Of a DNA stretch of 64,000 bases, positions 1-12,410 are shown in pieces. The notes beneath the pieces were generated by a model. It saw nothing but the letters and a program-made list of their open reading frames with translations, did no database searches and was not told the origin of the DNA. Numbering within the stretch: position 1 is the stretch's first letter; every line of letters begins with the position of its first letter. The stretch comes from Hemiscyllium ocellatum (taxonomy: Eukaryota). A program made the position numbers and the translations under genes. The DNA lies in NCBI RefSeq assembly GCF_020745735.1, contig NC_083416.1, positions 69,837,131 through 69,901,130 of the forward strand, in the 5' to 3' direction.

Positions 1-489
1 ATCTCTGTAATGAGACAGCACGACTATGGTGACTTTACTTATCTTTTCAGACATTTAATCCCAGAGAAAGTTTGTTCCTAATTTAACTCTTTAATATTTT
101 CCTGAAATGATTCTTCCCAGTTTCATATTTGGATTGCTGAAACAGTTTGGGATTGTTGGTCTCAAAGGCAGCAAATGGTAACTGTTGAAGACTTAATTCC
201 AGTTCTGTTGTCTATGTAATGTATTGCAGCGAGATTAATTCACTGTCACTACCAAAGTAGCAAGGAAATTCCAAGGACCCATAGCCTACAGATGGTGCAA
301 GAGCTGCTTAATGTACACTTTGATCTATGTAACCTCTTGCACCACTAAAGATTGTTGGGCTCTGACCTTTCATTCTCATAGCTGCAAGTAGATGGACATT
401 CACTCACATAGCTGATGGTGAAAAGTGAACTTATATTTCCAAATGTATTTAGAAGTCTTCCTATATCACATCACAAAATGTTACTACAC

Positions 490-1025
490 AAGTTAATGAG
501 GTAATACAGAAGGCAAATGAAATCTTGGCCTTTGTTTCAAAGGGAACAATGTGTAAAACAGGGAAGCCTTGCTAAAATACACAAGGCACTATTTAGATCA
601 CACTTAGAATTTGTCAACAGTTTTGGTTCCCTTATCTGAAGAAAGATTTACTGGTATTGATCGCATCAGAGAAGGTTCAGTAAGTTGATCCTGGATTTGA
701 AGGGTTTTCCTATGAGGAGAAGTTGAGTAGGTTGGGACTGTACTCGTTAAAGTTTGGAAGAATGGCAAGTGACATTATTGAAACAAGATTATACAAAACT
801 CTTTGTGGGCTAAACACAGGAGATTGGAGAAGTTTCCAGGAATGTTTTAGACCAGAGGACGTAACATCAAAGTAAGAATCATCCACTTAAGACAGCGATA
901 AATGGATTCTTGTTTCAGGAATCAAAGATTATTGTGTGTAGATGGGAATGCATAATTCTGAACAAATGAATCAGCCATGATCTAATTGAATAGTACAGCA
1001 ACCTTGAACTTCCCCTCCTAGTTTT
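490..1025 (+). mobile_element. Decayed CR1-clade LINE 3' fragment
   Basis: Degenerate CR1 ORF2 C-terminal motifs (aaggcactatttagatcacacttagaa, ttttggttcccttatctgaagaaaga, cctatgaggagaagttgagtaggttgggactgtactc), similar to better copies at 20400 and 51387. Confidence 0.7.
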
Positions 1026-1182
1026 CATGCTTCATGCTATCATTGAAATGGTTGATTTAAGTGACTTTTCCAAATTATTTTCTAATCACTTAAAAAAAGT
1101 TGTATTAAAAGAATCGAATGCAAAATGTTTTACAAATTTACTTTCCCAAGTGATAATAATGTATATTTTGCTTCGTTATCAC

Positions 1183-1443
1183 CATAGAAAGTTAAGGAAC
1201 AGCCCAGTCAAGAAACAATTGGTCAAGAAACATCCAGTGAAATGCCTGTGATAGAAGATTTCATAGGATTCTCTAGACTCATAGCTAAACCTAAATCAAA
1301 AAAGAGTCATTTGTAATTAGTTGCAATGGTATATGATGTTTATTTCATATTGCCAATGAGATGGGAGCCTATGACTATATTAGATGGGATTTATTGACCA
1401 TGGATCATCACTCTGGATCACTTAAGGACAGAGAAACAAAGGC
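1183..1443 (+). repeat. Host segment duplicated at 2414-2673 (about 95% identical)
   Basis: Direct alignment from catagaaagttaaggaac to gaaacaaaggc in both copies; about 13 differences counted by eye. Confidence 0.95.
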
Positions 1444-2137
1444 TTTTTTATTTTTAAAAAAAAGTAATACGGCTAAAAAAAAAGTGGCTATAATTGTAAA
1501 TTCAGTGGCTACCTGGATAGAAATTCTGGAATGTTACTGCGGAAGGTGGCAAGGAAGTGCCAAAGGGGATAATGTACTACAAACTGGGCTGTAATTTCCT
1601 GTGAATAACTCTGAACATCAACTTGATTGAAAACAGTAAGGGCAAAAGGCATGTTTCTAGTTTCTTCTTCTTAAGATTAAGCAAATATTGGGGTTAAAAG
1701 ACAAGTCTGTGTGTTCTAATGGAATAAGGTATGCTGAAGAGCTTGTGTATGCCAGTGAGCTGAAGTACTCATGTGTACTAGCCTGGGTTCAAGCTCTACT
1801 GTGCTGTGTATATCAACAGTTGAAGAACCACCCACTGTGTTGCAGGTAAAGGACTCTCTCACTCTGACTGCTGGAAGCTGGCCAGCAAGACAGTTCAAAC
1901 AAAATGGAACAAAAGAAAGACCCTTTTGTTCTGAGTGCTGGAAGCCATTTAACATGCCACTTCAAAAGGAATTGGGACAAAATAATTTCAGCTAATTTCT
2001 AAGCCAAGAACCTCAAAATTAAATGCTCAGCTAACAAGATTCCATGAGAAAATGAGGACTGCAGGTGCTGGAGATGAGAGCTGAAAATGTGTTGCTGGAA
2101 AAGCACAGCAGGTCAGGCAGCATCCAAGGAGCAGGAG

Positions 2138-2173
2138 AATCGACATTTCGGGCATGAGCCCTTCTTCAGGAAT
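2138..2173 (-). ncRNA. Minimal hammerhead ribozyme motif (family 1), one CpG-decay change in stem III
   Basis: Minus strand reads attc-CTGAAGA-a-gggc-tcat-gccc-GAAA-tGTC-gatt. Confidence 0.7.
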
Positions 2174-2673
2174 GAGGAGAGTGTGCCAAGCAGGCTAAGA
2201 TAAAAGTAAGGAGGAGGGACTGGGGGGAGGGGCGTTGAAAGTGCGATAGGTGGAAGGAGGTCAAGGTGAGGGTGATAGGCCGGAGTGGGGGTGGGGGCGG
2301 AGAGATCAGGAAGAAGATTGCAGGTTAGGAAGATAGTGCTGAGTTCGAGGGTTGGGACTGAGCCAAGGTGAGGGGAGGGGAAATGAGGAAACTGGAGAAA
2401 TCTGAGTTCATCTCATAGAAAGTTAAGGAACAACCAGCCAAGAAACAATTGGTCAAGAAACATCCAGTGAAATGCCTGTGATAGAAGATTTCATAGGATT
2501 CTCTCGACTCATAGCTAAACCTAAATCAAAAAAGAGTCATTTGTAATTAGTTGCAATGGTATATGATGTTTATTTCATATTGTCAATGAGATGGGAGCCT
2601 ATGATTATATTAGGTGGGATTTATTGACCACGGATCGTAACTCTGGATCACCTCAGGACAGGGAAACAAAGGC

Positions 2674-3349
2674 GGAAGATGTGGTGCTCTTCCTCCAGCC
2701 GTTGTGTTGCTATGGTCTAGCGATGGAGGAGGTCAAGGACCTGCATGTCCTTGATGGAGTGGGAGGGGGAGTTGAAGTGTTGAGCCACGGGGTGATTGGG
2801 TTGGTTGGTCCGGGTGTCCCAGAGGTGTTCTCTGAAACGTTCCGCAAGTAGGCAGTTTGTCTCCCCAATATAGAGGAGGCCACATCGGGTGCAGCGGATG
2901 CAGTAAATCATGTGTGTGGAGGTGCAGGTGAATTTGTGGCAGATGCCTTGGAGCCTTGGAAGGAAGTAGGGAGGGAGGTGTGGGTGCAAGTTTTGCATTT
3001 CTTGTGAATGCAGGGGAAGGTACCAGGAGTGGAGGTTGGGTTGGTGGGGGGTGTGGACCTGACGAGGGATTCACGGAGGGAATGGTCTTTTCGGAACACT
3101 GATAGGGGAGGGGAAGGAAATATCTCCCTGGTGGTGAGGTCTGTTTGGAGGTGGTGAAAATGATGACGAATAATATGATGTATATGGAGGTTGGTGGGGT
3201 GGTAGGTGAGGACCAGTGGGGTTCTGTCCTGGTGGCGATTGGAGGGACGGGGCTCAAGGACGGAGGAGCGGGAAGTGGAGGAGATGCGGTGGAGAGCATC
3301 GTTGATCACGTCTGGGGGAATTTGCGGTCTTTGAAGAAGGAGGCCATCT
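2674..3349 (-). pseudogene. Frameshifted PLE linker/GIY-YIG endonuclease coding relic
   Basis: DRTPLVLTYHP, GTFPCIHKKCKTC and IYCIRCTRCGLLYIGET...RFREH motifs split over two frames. Confidence 0.9.
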
Positions 3350-6300
3350 AGAAACCCTCCAACCACAAGGGATGAACTCAGATTTCTCCAGTTTCCTCAT
3401 TTCCCCTCCCCCTACCTTGTCTCAGTCCCAACCCTCGAACTCAGCACCACCTTCCTAACTTGCAATCTTCTTCCTGACCTCTCCGCCCCTACCCGCACTC
3501 CAGCCTGTCACCCTCACCTAACCTCCTATCGAACTTCCAACTCCCCTCCCCTAAGTCCATCCTCCCTACCTTTTATCTTAGCCTGCTTGGCACAACTCTC
3601 CTTATTCCTGAACATCGATTCTCCTGCTCCTTGGATGCTGCCTAACAAGATTCCATGATCTGTTTTGCCTAAATGACCCAGAAACTGATCCAGTTACGTC
3701 TTAGTCTTTATCTTTTTGTTTGGTTTCATTTCCAATTGCTAATCTGTGTGAATGTGTGTGTAGTTATTACTTAAATTCCCATTTATTAATTAATAGACTC
3801 ATCTCTTCCATTAATTCAAGAAAGCCTGGTTAAATTCATTCCTTTTAAACCATAAAATAATTTGGTCTTGGAGAAAGATATCTACAAGGCAGGAAAGCCA
3901 TTTTAACAAGGGTTGTTCCAGCCAATTGAAGAGGCAGATGGATAAAGAATGAGATCCAGTTCATCCCTCCTTATACACGAGCTTAGTAATTTGGGGTAAC
4001 CAATCTGGAACTGTAATAAGTCTGGGGATTTCTCCCAGGCACAGCTGCTTTCCAATGCTATCAGCACTGAAGAGTTCCAGCAGTATGAGATCCAGTTCAT
4101 CTTGGGAGGAGAAATATGCAATGAGATATCCAATTGACTGAAGTGCTGAAGGCAATTATTGCAACTATCACTGATGTAGCTTGAGGCACAGTTTGGTGAA
4201 CAAATCACTACAACAGATTGAAGTTTAACGTTAGATGCTGACGTGACTTAGAAGAGACAAATTCAAGCAAAATATTGACTTCCTTTCTTTCCTATTGTAT
4301 GCTACCATACAATAAACTGTATTGTATTGAATACCACAAATACTTCTGGTTAGAACAGGAAGTAGTCTTCCCATACCACACTAGATCAAGCAGGCACTGT
4401 AGTTTCCAACTTCAAAGTGGATTGTGGCAGCAAGATTCATCAGGAACAGCAGCTCAGACCCACCGTAGCGAGCTGGCATGCCTGCACAGTAGCACGGGGC
4501 TATAATTGGGTACCTAGGGTAAGGTACAGATAATCAGTCATGATTGCCACTCTGGATTATTATATCTGGAGATTGTTGCTACAAGACTTTGCATGTGAGA
4601 AGTGAGCTCAACTGTGACCTCAATAAAAACTGGAATTCATATCACAATTTGAAAACAGTAAACAATCTCTGGATGCTTCCCAGGAGGGTTATCAGTTAAA
4701 ATTGGGTGCTGAGACAAAGGAGATATAAGGGTATTGAGCCACACTGCAAGGAGTCAAAGCCTCCAGAAGAAAGGATGAATTGAGGGTGCTTCAAGCACTC
4801 TGTATTACAGAATCCCAGGCCCAAACTTTTAGGATTTTAGAATATTGATAACTCCTGGAAATTGAATTAGTTTGGACTTTGAAGTGCAACTATTAGTGGG
4901 AGACCTCCAATCAGCTCCTGTATTTTCACAGCCTCCATGAAAAATGAGTAAAATGTTTAAAAGCCATCAGGAGAAGCAAGTAAATTTATAGAAATGTGAT
5001 AACCTAAGTTTTCCAAATACTTGAAGTGTGAACACAATTCAGCACCCAGCATTTGTTTTAGCACTTGCATTTATTGGGAGGCAGAACTAACACTAGTATA
5101 ACAGCAACACAACCAACTGACAACAGGTTTTTCACACCTTCTACACATTAGAGTCGAAAAGAACTAAAATGAAACTTCAAGGGGTTTCAGCACTAAATGG
5201 GTTATATATTACACATTTGTTGTGGGTTCCCATTTTACGGCTCCAGATGAACTGATCATTACAGCTTATTACAAAATGCCAGTTACAGCAGTGATGAATT
5301 CATCTCTTGCAGCATTCAAATAGGTCAAAAATGATCAGTCATTGTGACTCAGAATTTCAGGGCTCCATTCATACCATGTCTGTGATATTTCAATCCAAAA
5401 CCAAGACAACAAAAGATTGGTGGCAGAAACAGAGGTGGAAAAGGAATTATTATGGTTAGCCTATTATTCATTGTGTAAATGCTGCATTTTACATGGTACC
5501 CGTCAGACAGATTAGGAAGATCAGAGGTTCATTTGTAAGTCGCTCTCAAGTGGGTTTAGCAACAACTGACAAAGCACTACAACTGACCTCAGTGCCCTCT
5601 ATACTAAGGAAGGAGGAAAATACCACTTTCTGATCTGTCTTGAATGAGGCATGTTGGAAAATGCGACAGTGGATAAAAGGCAAGGAAAGATACTGGTTTG
5701 AATCGGATGTTCCCCTGTGGTTGCCAAAACAAACTAGTGTAAATTCACTCATGTACATCTATACAACATAGAAAAGACAAGCTGGTCCCTTGGTCCTGAC
5801 CTCACACCATGATGGCCAGAACACTATAAGAAGGTATTTCCTCCCTTCTCTCCCTCACCCACCAACACATAGTGTCTTGAGAGAAGTAAAAATAAAAGGA
5901 AGTCTGTAAGGGGAACATTACTCTGGAATGTCCGTTTCTGAGCACTTCAAGTGATCAAATCAGTCCACAAGATTACATGGACCATGTAAAACATATTTCA
6001 GCATAGGACTGATTTCTTATTCAGAAGAATTGAGTAAAAATGGTTTTATATAGCTCCAATATAATTGACTCGCAATACATATGGTACGGATTCAAGTTCA
6101 CTTGCTCATGTAAATATACATGTAGCCTCTAGCTGATGGATGCCAGTAAAATTATACTTTTAGAACAAGTACATTTTGAGCTACTAATTTGAGCTTTGAC
6201 GTTCCCAATGGGCTGATGAACACATTGAGCTTACTCAGCATCTCAAAGCAATGTCAGATACTCAAGACTGACTAGTCATCAGAACCCTTCTACTCAACTG

Positions 6301-6637
6301 CTTCACTGTACAAGTTTGAGTACAGTCATATATGTGCATGTGACAGATACTGGAACACAGGAATTTTGTGGGCTGGGAGGAGTGGGTATCACACTCAGTA
6401 TCAGCTCAGAAGAAGTCTGGAACTAGTCTAAATAAGATGAGGATATGCAGGGGGTACATGGGAGAAGCACATGTCTGGTGCTACACTCTCCCAGACAAAA
6501 GTAAAAACTGTTTAGCTTAATCAATCCACCCTTCTCTGGAAGTGCTCAGCAGGTTATTTCAAAGGTCTGTTTGCTGAATAAACAAAAGTTACACCCTAGG
6601 AAATGTGCAAGCTGTCCCTAAGTAGTTGAAGATAGGA

Positions 6638-6663
6638 CACACACACACGCGCACACACACACA
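6638..6663. repeat. (CA)n microsatellite
   Basis: cacacacacacgcgcacacacacaca. Confidence 0.9.
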
Positions 6664-7934
6664 GAGCCATGTTCTAGTGAATCCTTTTGATGGTGAAGAG
6701 CCCAGGAAATGAGTATCACACCTGCTGGGAAATGATCCATTTGCAGGAGCTGTTGGCTCTTGCCGGTTGCTTCCGAGTGAAAATAATGCTCCTTATAACA
6801 ATAAAGAATTCATTCAGTTCGTACCTTGACAGGTCTCATCTTGCCTTAAATCTCCATATGCCTGTTCCTTTCTACTCCCTGAACTTATTAACTCCTTCAG
6901 TGCACAACCTCTACTTTCACATTGGTGTTTATTTGGTCCACATTAAATGACAGCAGACACAGATGTTTTTAATATTTACAAGACTGAATATGACTCCCCC
7001 AATCCCAGTTCTTCACAAATCTATCAATGTGTTCATGAAACTTATGACAGAAACTTGGCAGTTTAAACATTCATGGATGCTAATAACCTGAGCGACTAAC
7101 CAGGCATTGACAAGGCCATTTAAGTCTATATTAATCATCTCCACTACCATTCATCCTTCATGTTCTGTCATAGCCTTTTAACATCAAACATCCACATTCT
7201 GAGCTTCTTTGACTTCTTATACACAACCCCCCTTCAAAAATCTTCTAAAGTCTGTCTGTTTGACTAGACGGTCAATCGCATTCAGTCCGCACAATTTTAT
7301 CCCATTCCATTCAATGTCCAATCACGACAACCTTCACTTTTCTTTTTGAGAAACAACCTGGAGATGTTTCACTGCATAAGACACATTAGTTAAATGCAAA
7401 TTACTGTTATTATATATAATGCAAGGCCAGCATTAAACAATTGACCTCCAGGGTTGCCCTTCACCTATATTAAGCTTGGTCTTATGCTGCCTTCATCATT
7501 TGAAAATCAATGTAATATTTCATTGGAGTGGAGACAATCAAATAGCCAAGCAGCCAGTGCTAGTGCAAATTTGTACAAATGCATTTTCACTCTTTTGTGC
7601 ATTGCCTTATAATTTCTGTCTGTCTATTATCAATTTTTTATGTTTTCCCTTTTTCCAATCCCACTCCAAGTACAGCCAACTTCTGAAACTTGAACAGAAA
7701 AACCTGTGGAAATCTATTAAAAGTCTCAAGCCAAAACATGAATCTATCTGTTCCCCATTCAGAGCCTGATAGATTCTATGGAATCATTGAGTTTGCAGCA
7801 CAGAAGAAAACGATTTAGTACATCATATCTATTAGGCAATGGCAGATGGCTGCATTATTCCGATTGCTTTACTCATTCCCTGTCATCTTTTAGTGGCTTT
7901 TCAAATGTTTATCCAATTTCTTCTTAAATAGAAA

Positions 7935-8540
7935 GAAAGATTTGAATTTATATGCCTCCTTTCACAAGCTCTGAGCATCACAAAACACTTTGCAGCAATA
8001 ATATAACTTGCATGTGGACTCTGTGTTGCAGCACAAGAAACATCAATATCAACTGAGTGGACAGCAAGTTTCCACTAACAGCAAAGAGATAATGATCAGG
8101 TCATTTGCTTTTGTGATACTCATTGAGGAAGGAGTACCGATCAGGGTACCAAGAAGAACTTTATCTGCTTTTCTTCACCTTGTTAGAGCAAAAAAATTTG
8201 CAGATGCTGGAATCCAAAGTAGACAAGCAGGAGGCTGGAAGAAAACAGCAAGCCAGGTGGCTCAGGAGATGGAGAAGTCGACATTTTGAGTATAATGCTT
8301 CTTCAAAAATGACGGAGGGGTGGTGGGGGGGAGGCTGGAGATTACATTATTTTTTTTTACATCATCCTGAGCAGCCACGCAGAGGTTTTGACTTGAAGTC
8401 TCATCAGAAGTACTGCATCGCTAACAGTGCAGCACTCCCTTAGTCCTGAACTGGGAACTTTGACTGAGATTATAAACTCATATCTCTACAGTGAGATTCG
8501 AGTCCGTAGGTTTTCAGAATCAAGGATGCTGCCAATACAT
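7935..8540 (-). mobile_element. Decayed Deu-domain SINE (SacSINE1/AmnSINE-like) interrupted by a PLE-tail fragment (about 8185-8340)
   Basis: Tail tttatatgcctcctttcacaagctctgagcatcacaaaacactttgcagc and Deu-like core aacagtgcagcactcccttag; insert carries the cagatgctggaatcc...cgacatttt tail. Confidence 0.6.
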
Positions 8541-8971
8541 CAGTCATAACTGAATATGTCATGATACTCTGTAGGACATTACTTTTCATTACATTTTATC
8601 CTGCTTATCACCAGAAGATATGCAGGAACTCTAGGAAGAAGTGTGTTTTAGACATTTCTGACACTTCTCTGTAATATTGACAGTTGAGGGAAAGAAATGT
8701 TCATAGCAATTCACCCCCTTAATCCCTAGAATCCAGAGACATTGCTTTCAACAATGCTTTTGGAACAACAAGACATTGGAAGCTAATCACAGGGGTGTTA
8801 TTGCACAAAATTTGTCACCAACTTTCAAAGAAAGATATTAGAGCAGGTGAAAGTTTTTAAAGAACATCTTCAAGATGGAGTGAAAGGTGAAAATGTTTTG
8901 GGAATTAATTTCTGGGTTATGCACCTTGGCAGCTGAAAGCATTTCATTGTCAGTGAGTGAAGGGATTTTAG

Positions 8972-9085
8972 AGGGCTCTTGTTGTGCAGTGATGGTATCC
9001 CTACCTCTGAACTGGAAACCTGGGTTCAAGTCCCACCTGCTCCAGAGGTGCATATTAACGTCTCTGAACAGGTTGATGAGGAAAC
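8972..9085 (+). mobile_element. Short tRNA-derived SINE (related copies about 14458-14575 -, 57650-57830 +, 60600-60700 -) inside a decayed L2-like fragment
   Basis: A-box-like tgttgtgcagtgatgg, B-box ggttcaagtcc, 3' extension aacaggttgat; several diverged copies in the window. Confidence 0.6.
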
Positions 9086-9314
9086 TTTCTGAAGTGATTG
9101 TAATTGAAGCTGTAGAAGTGGTGAAAACCAGAAAACTTTGAGGGCTGTAGGACGCAAGGACATTGGAAAGATAGACTTTAAATTATGGCATTGCCAAACA
9201 GGAAAATCAACTGCAAGCATAGAGCATAATGGGTCATCAGGACTCTGCCCAAGTTAAAATACCAGGAGCAGCAAAACAGTTATGGACAGCAGTAAATGGG
9301 AGTCACTTACTGTT

Positions 9315-9591
9315 AAGTCTGTAAGTTCCCACCTCCCTATTTATTAACACATCAACTTAGATCCTATCTACCTTCCCTTGGGGAAAAAACTGGAAATGAC
9401 ATCACCCACCTTAAGAAACCAAGATCCGTAAATAGAGAGGCGGGACATACCACCAGCACTTCACCAGAGACTCTCACCGATAATGTTACCTAGTCATGGT
9501 GACAGAATGTCTGAAAACAAACCTTCAAGCTCAGTGAGCTAACTTACAGATGTATCATCAACCTGAGCTACAAATCTTCTCAAAAATCACT
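9315..9591 (+). mobile_element. PLE-derived terminal fragment (HHR family 4, decayed) with 14-bp TSD
   Basis: TSD agtcacttactgtt at 9301-9314 and 9592-9605; degenerate HHR ccgataatgttacctagtcatggtgacagaatgtc; tail gctacaaatcttctca shared with 44160-44175. Confidence 0.7.
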
Positions 9592-10084
9592 AGTCACTTA
9601 CTGTTTTAATACATAGCACCTGAGTAAATTTATGTTTATTTCAGATTTCCATTGGTAATCTCACATCAGCAGCATGACATATGTTCAGATGGAATAAATT
9701 TGTATATTTCAATACAGATATTTCCCAACAAACACATGTTGGCAGACGGGGATGGGGTGGTACTTAGCTTCCACGGGAGTAATGGAAGGAGTCAGCAAAT
9801 ACTACAGGCAAAAGGCATCAAATGAGGCCATCAATGTCACCAATTCAATGAGACTTTATCTGGAGTACTGCAGTCAGTTTTGGCTCCAAACTTGAGGAAA
9901 GTTACACTGGACTGGGATACATTGGGAATTAAATTGAATAAACTTAGTTTGTATCCCTTTAAGTCCAGACGATTCATTCATGTAATGGAATTTCTGTTTT
10001 TGTTTATTCTTTCTTGGAAGCTAGGTGCCATGCCTTCGCAATGCTTCTCTAATTGTCTTTGATTTGAACAGCCAGCCCTGACCT

Positions 10085-10725
10085 TTGCAGAAGACAACTA
10101 TTCTAGAACATTACTGCTGGCAGGAGGGTGGGGAGAGGAGTGTAGAGACTGTTACTCAGCTCCTACTGTGGATTGGGCCTTTGCGAAGAAAGGCTGGAGA
10201 AAGAAGCAGTGTTTTTGTCCAGGTATGTCCTGAGCAACTCCATGATACAGGACCCTGTGCTCTTCAGGCTGGTCCCTTGAATGCACACCAAGACAAAGCA
10301 TCTGGAGGACCATCAACTCAGTGAAAGTCACTGTTTGGTCTGCCCAAAACCTGTTAGTCTTTCAGAGCAAGAAGCTGACCTCGACTGAGTGTTGCAAACT
10401 GGCACACTCTATGGTGCATACATGCTGAGGGACTCACTAATGCTGAAGGCAGCTGCATCCAAGGTGCAGTGAGGAAAGACCACCGTCTAAGGTCTTTCTG
10501 CTGAAGTTAAATCGGGGTCCATTTAGTTATAAGAATCCCCTACCCTGAAACAGATATAAATAAGGAAGAAATGCTTTTGGTTTGAAAGAGGCTAACCCCA
10601 ATGTTTGTTTGTTTGTTTGTTTGTTTCTTCATATCTACTACAGAACTGAACTGCTTTAATGACTGTGTATGCTCACAAAGATTTTTTTTATGAATAAAGC
10701 ATATTTTAAAACAAATAAAATAAAG
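10085..10725 (+). mobile_element. Tx1/L1-clade non-LTR 3' end
   Basis: Degenerate zinc-knuckle region (GGERSVETVTQLLL...), 3' UTR with (GTTT)n, aataaa and A-rich tail. Confidence 0.6.
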
Positions 10726-11355
10726 TGCTCAGTGACTTTACTAGGATGGCACCATCTACCCTGAAAACCAAGGACATTAAAGACAGTATCTAAATGCAGT
10801 TCCTGTCACTAATTGGCAGCATCTGTGAAGAGAAAACAGAATTCACATTCTGAGGCCAATGACATTTTGCCAGACTACTGGACTTCAAATGTTAACTCTG
10901 TTTTGTTAATTTTGTTTGTTTCAGATCTCCTGCTTGCACCATTCTTTGTTTTATTTGATGCTTATAAAAGCTGTTCAGGTGGGAAGCCCCCATTGCCACT
11001 GACCTGCAATTCTCATTTATCACAGTTTAAAAAGTGACCTGCTGAGCTTTTCCAGCAATTTCTGTTTGTTGTTACTGGATTAAATAGCATTGTCCTCATC
11101 TGAGCTGCCCTCATACACACAGTTACCCAGTGACCAGCACGGTCTGTGACTTGGGACTGGGCTAGAGATATAAAAAAAACTGCTGACGCTGGAATCCAAG
11201 ATGGACAAGCAGGAGGCTGGAAGAACACAGCAAGTCAAACAGTGTCAGGAGGTGGAGAAATCAACGTTTCAGGTGTAACTCTTCTTTACGACTACAACTG
11301 GGCAGAAGCCATTGAGTAATCTGCCAACATGAAACAATGTCTCAATGAGAAAACG

Positions 11356-11579
11356 TTAAAAATCACACAACATCAGGTTATTGTCCAACCAGTTTATTTG
11401 GAAAGCACTAGCTTTCAGAGCACTGCTCCTTCATCAGGTGATTGTGTGGATGAAGGATGAAGATGAAAGAGCAGCGCTCCGAAAGATAGTGTTTTCCAAA
11501 TAAACTATTGGACTATAACCTGGTGTTGCATGATTTTTAACTTTGTACACTGCAGTCCAACACCGGCACCTCCAAATCA
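11356..11579. mobile_element. Fold-back non-autonomous element, HHR family 2
   Basis: aaaaatcacacaacatcaggtta...taacctggtgttgcatgattttt inverted arms; tail agtccaacaccggcacctccaaatca. Confidence 0.85.
11406..11440 (-). ncRNA. Minimal hammerhead ribozyme motif (family 2), intact core
   Basis: Minus strand: CAC-CTGATGA-a-GGAGC-agt-GCTCT-GAAA-GCTA-GTG; stem I CAC/GTG, palindromic AGCT stem III, CUA cleavage triplet. Confidence 0.8.
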
Positions 11580-11879
11580 ATTATAGAAGTCATGATGAGG
11601 TGGTGCCAGTGTTGGACTGGGGTGGACAAAGTTAAACATCACAGGATCCAACTTGTTTATTTGAAAGTAGAAGCTTTCAGAGCACTGCACCTTGGTCAGG
11701 TAGCATTGGGGAGAGGGGGAACTAAATCAAAGTCCCGGGAAACCTTTTGAAATGCGAGATAGTGCTAAAGTGATAAACTTTTCAGAAAGGAGCAGCTTCC
11801 AATGTGCTCAAAGGTAACCATAACTTGGTGCTGATAGCGCTTACTGTCAATGAAATGATGGAGCTTTAATAACTAATAA

Positions 11880-12075
11880 CTGGGTTTCCTCCGGGTGCTC
11901 CGGTTTCCTCCTTCAGTCCAAAGATGTGCAGGTCAGGTGAATTGGCCATGCTAAATTGCCCATAGTGCTTGGTGCATCAGTCAGAGGGAAATGGGTCTGG
12001 GTGGGTTACTCTTCAGAGGGTCGGTGTGGACTGGTTGGGCCGAAGGGCCTGTTTCCACATTGTAGGGAATCTAAT
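11880..12075 (+). mobile_element. HE1-type V-SINE, 5'-truncated
   Basis: V-domain gggtttcctccgggtgctccggtttcctcc...aaagatgtgcagg and CR1-like tail gggccgaagggcctgtttcc. Confidence 0.9.
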
Positions 12076-12087
12076 CAAAATCAAACT

Positions 12088-12410
12088 TAAAAATCACACA
12101 ACATCAGGTTATAGTCCAACTGGTTTATTTGGAAGGACTAGCTTTCAGAGCCCTGCTCCTTCATCGTATGGTTGTGTGAATGAAGATGAAGGAGCGGTGC
12201 TCCGAAAGCTAGTGCTTCCAAATAAACCTGGATAAAAGCAAATTACTGCGGATGCTGGAATCTGAAACCAAAAGAGAAAATGCTGGAAAATCTCAGCAGA
12301 GATTTTCCAGCGTTTTCTCTTTTGCTTCCACATAAATCTCTTGGACTGTAACCTGGTGTTGCGTGATTTTTAACTTTGTACACCCCAGTCCAACACTGGC
12401 ATCTCCAAAT
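12088..12410. mobile_element. Fold-back element (HHR family 2) with a nested palindromic PLE-tail insert (about 12231-12340)
   Basis: Inverted arms as at 11356; nested gagaaaatgctggaaaatctc-agca-gagattttccagcgttttctc. Confidence 0.8.

Larger units (their letters stand above)
2048..3641 (-). mobile_element. Neptune-type Penelope-like element, 5'-truncated, with inverted terminal copy (3349-3641) and 17-bp TSD
   Basis: TSD ctaacaagattccatga at 2031-2047 and 3642-3658; minus-strand GIY-YIG relics; 3349-3641 is the reverse complement of about 2115-2413. Confidence 0.92.

Noticed and set aside
8972-9045. Possible tRNA gene (CTG anticodon-like loop)
   Set aside because: Stems are degenerate, and several diverged copies share a non-tRNA 3' extension, so it is a SINE head. 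The same applies to the HE1 heads.
11356-12410. Palindromes as CRISPR arrays, terminators or classical transposase-mobilised MITEs
   Set aside because: Eukaryotic context with no repeat-spacer periodicity; HHR motifs, asymmetric tails and long variable TSDs in related copies point to PLE origin.
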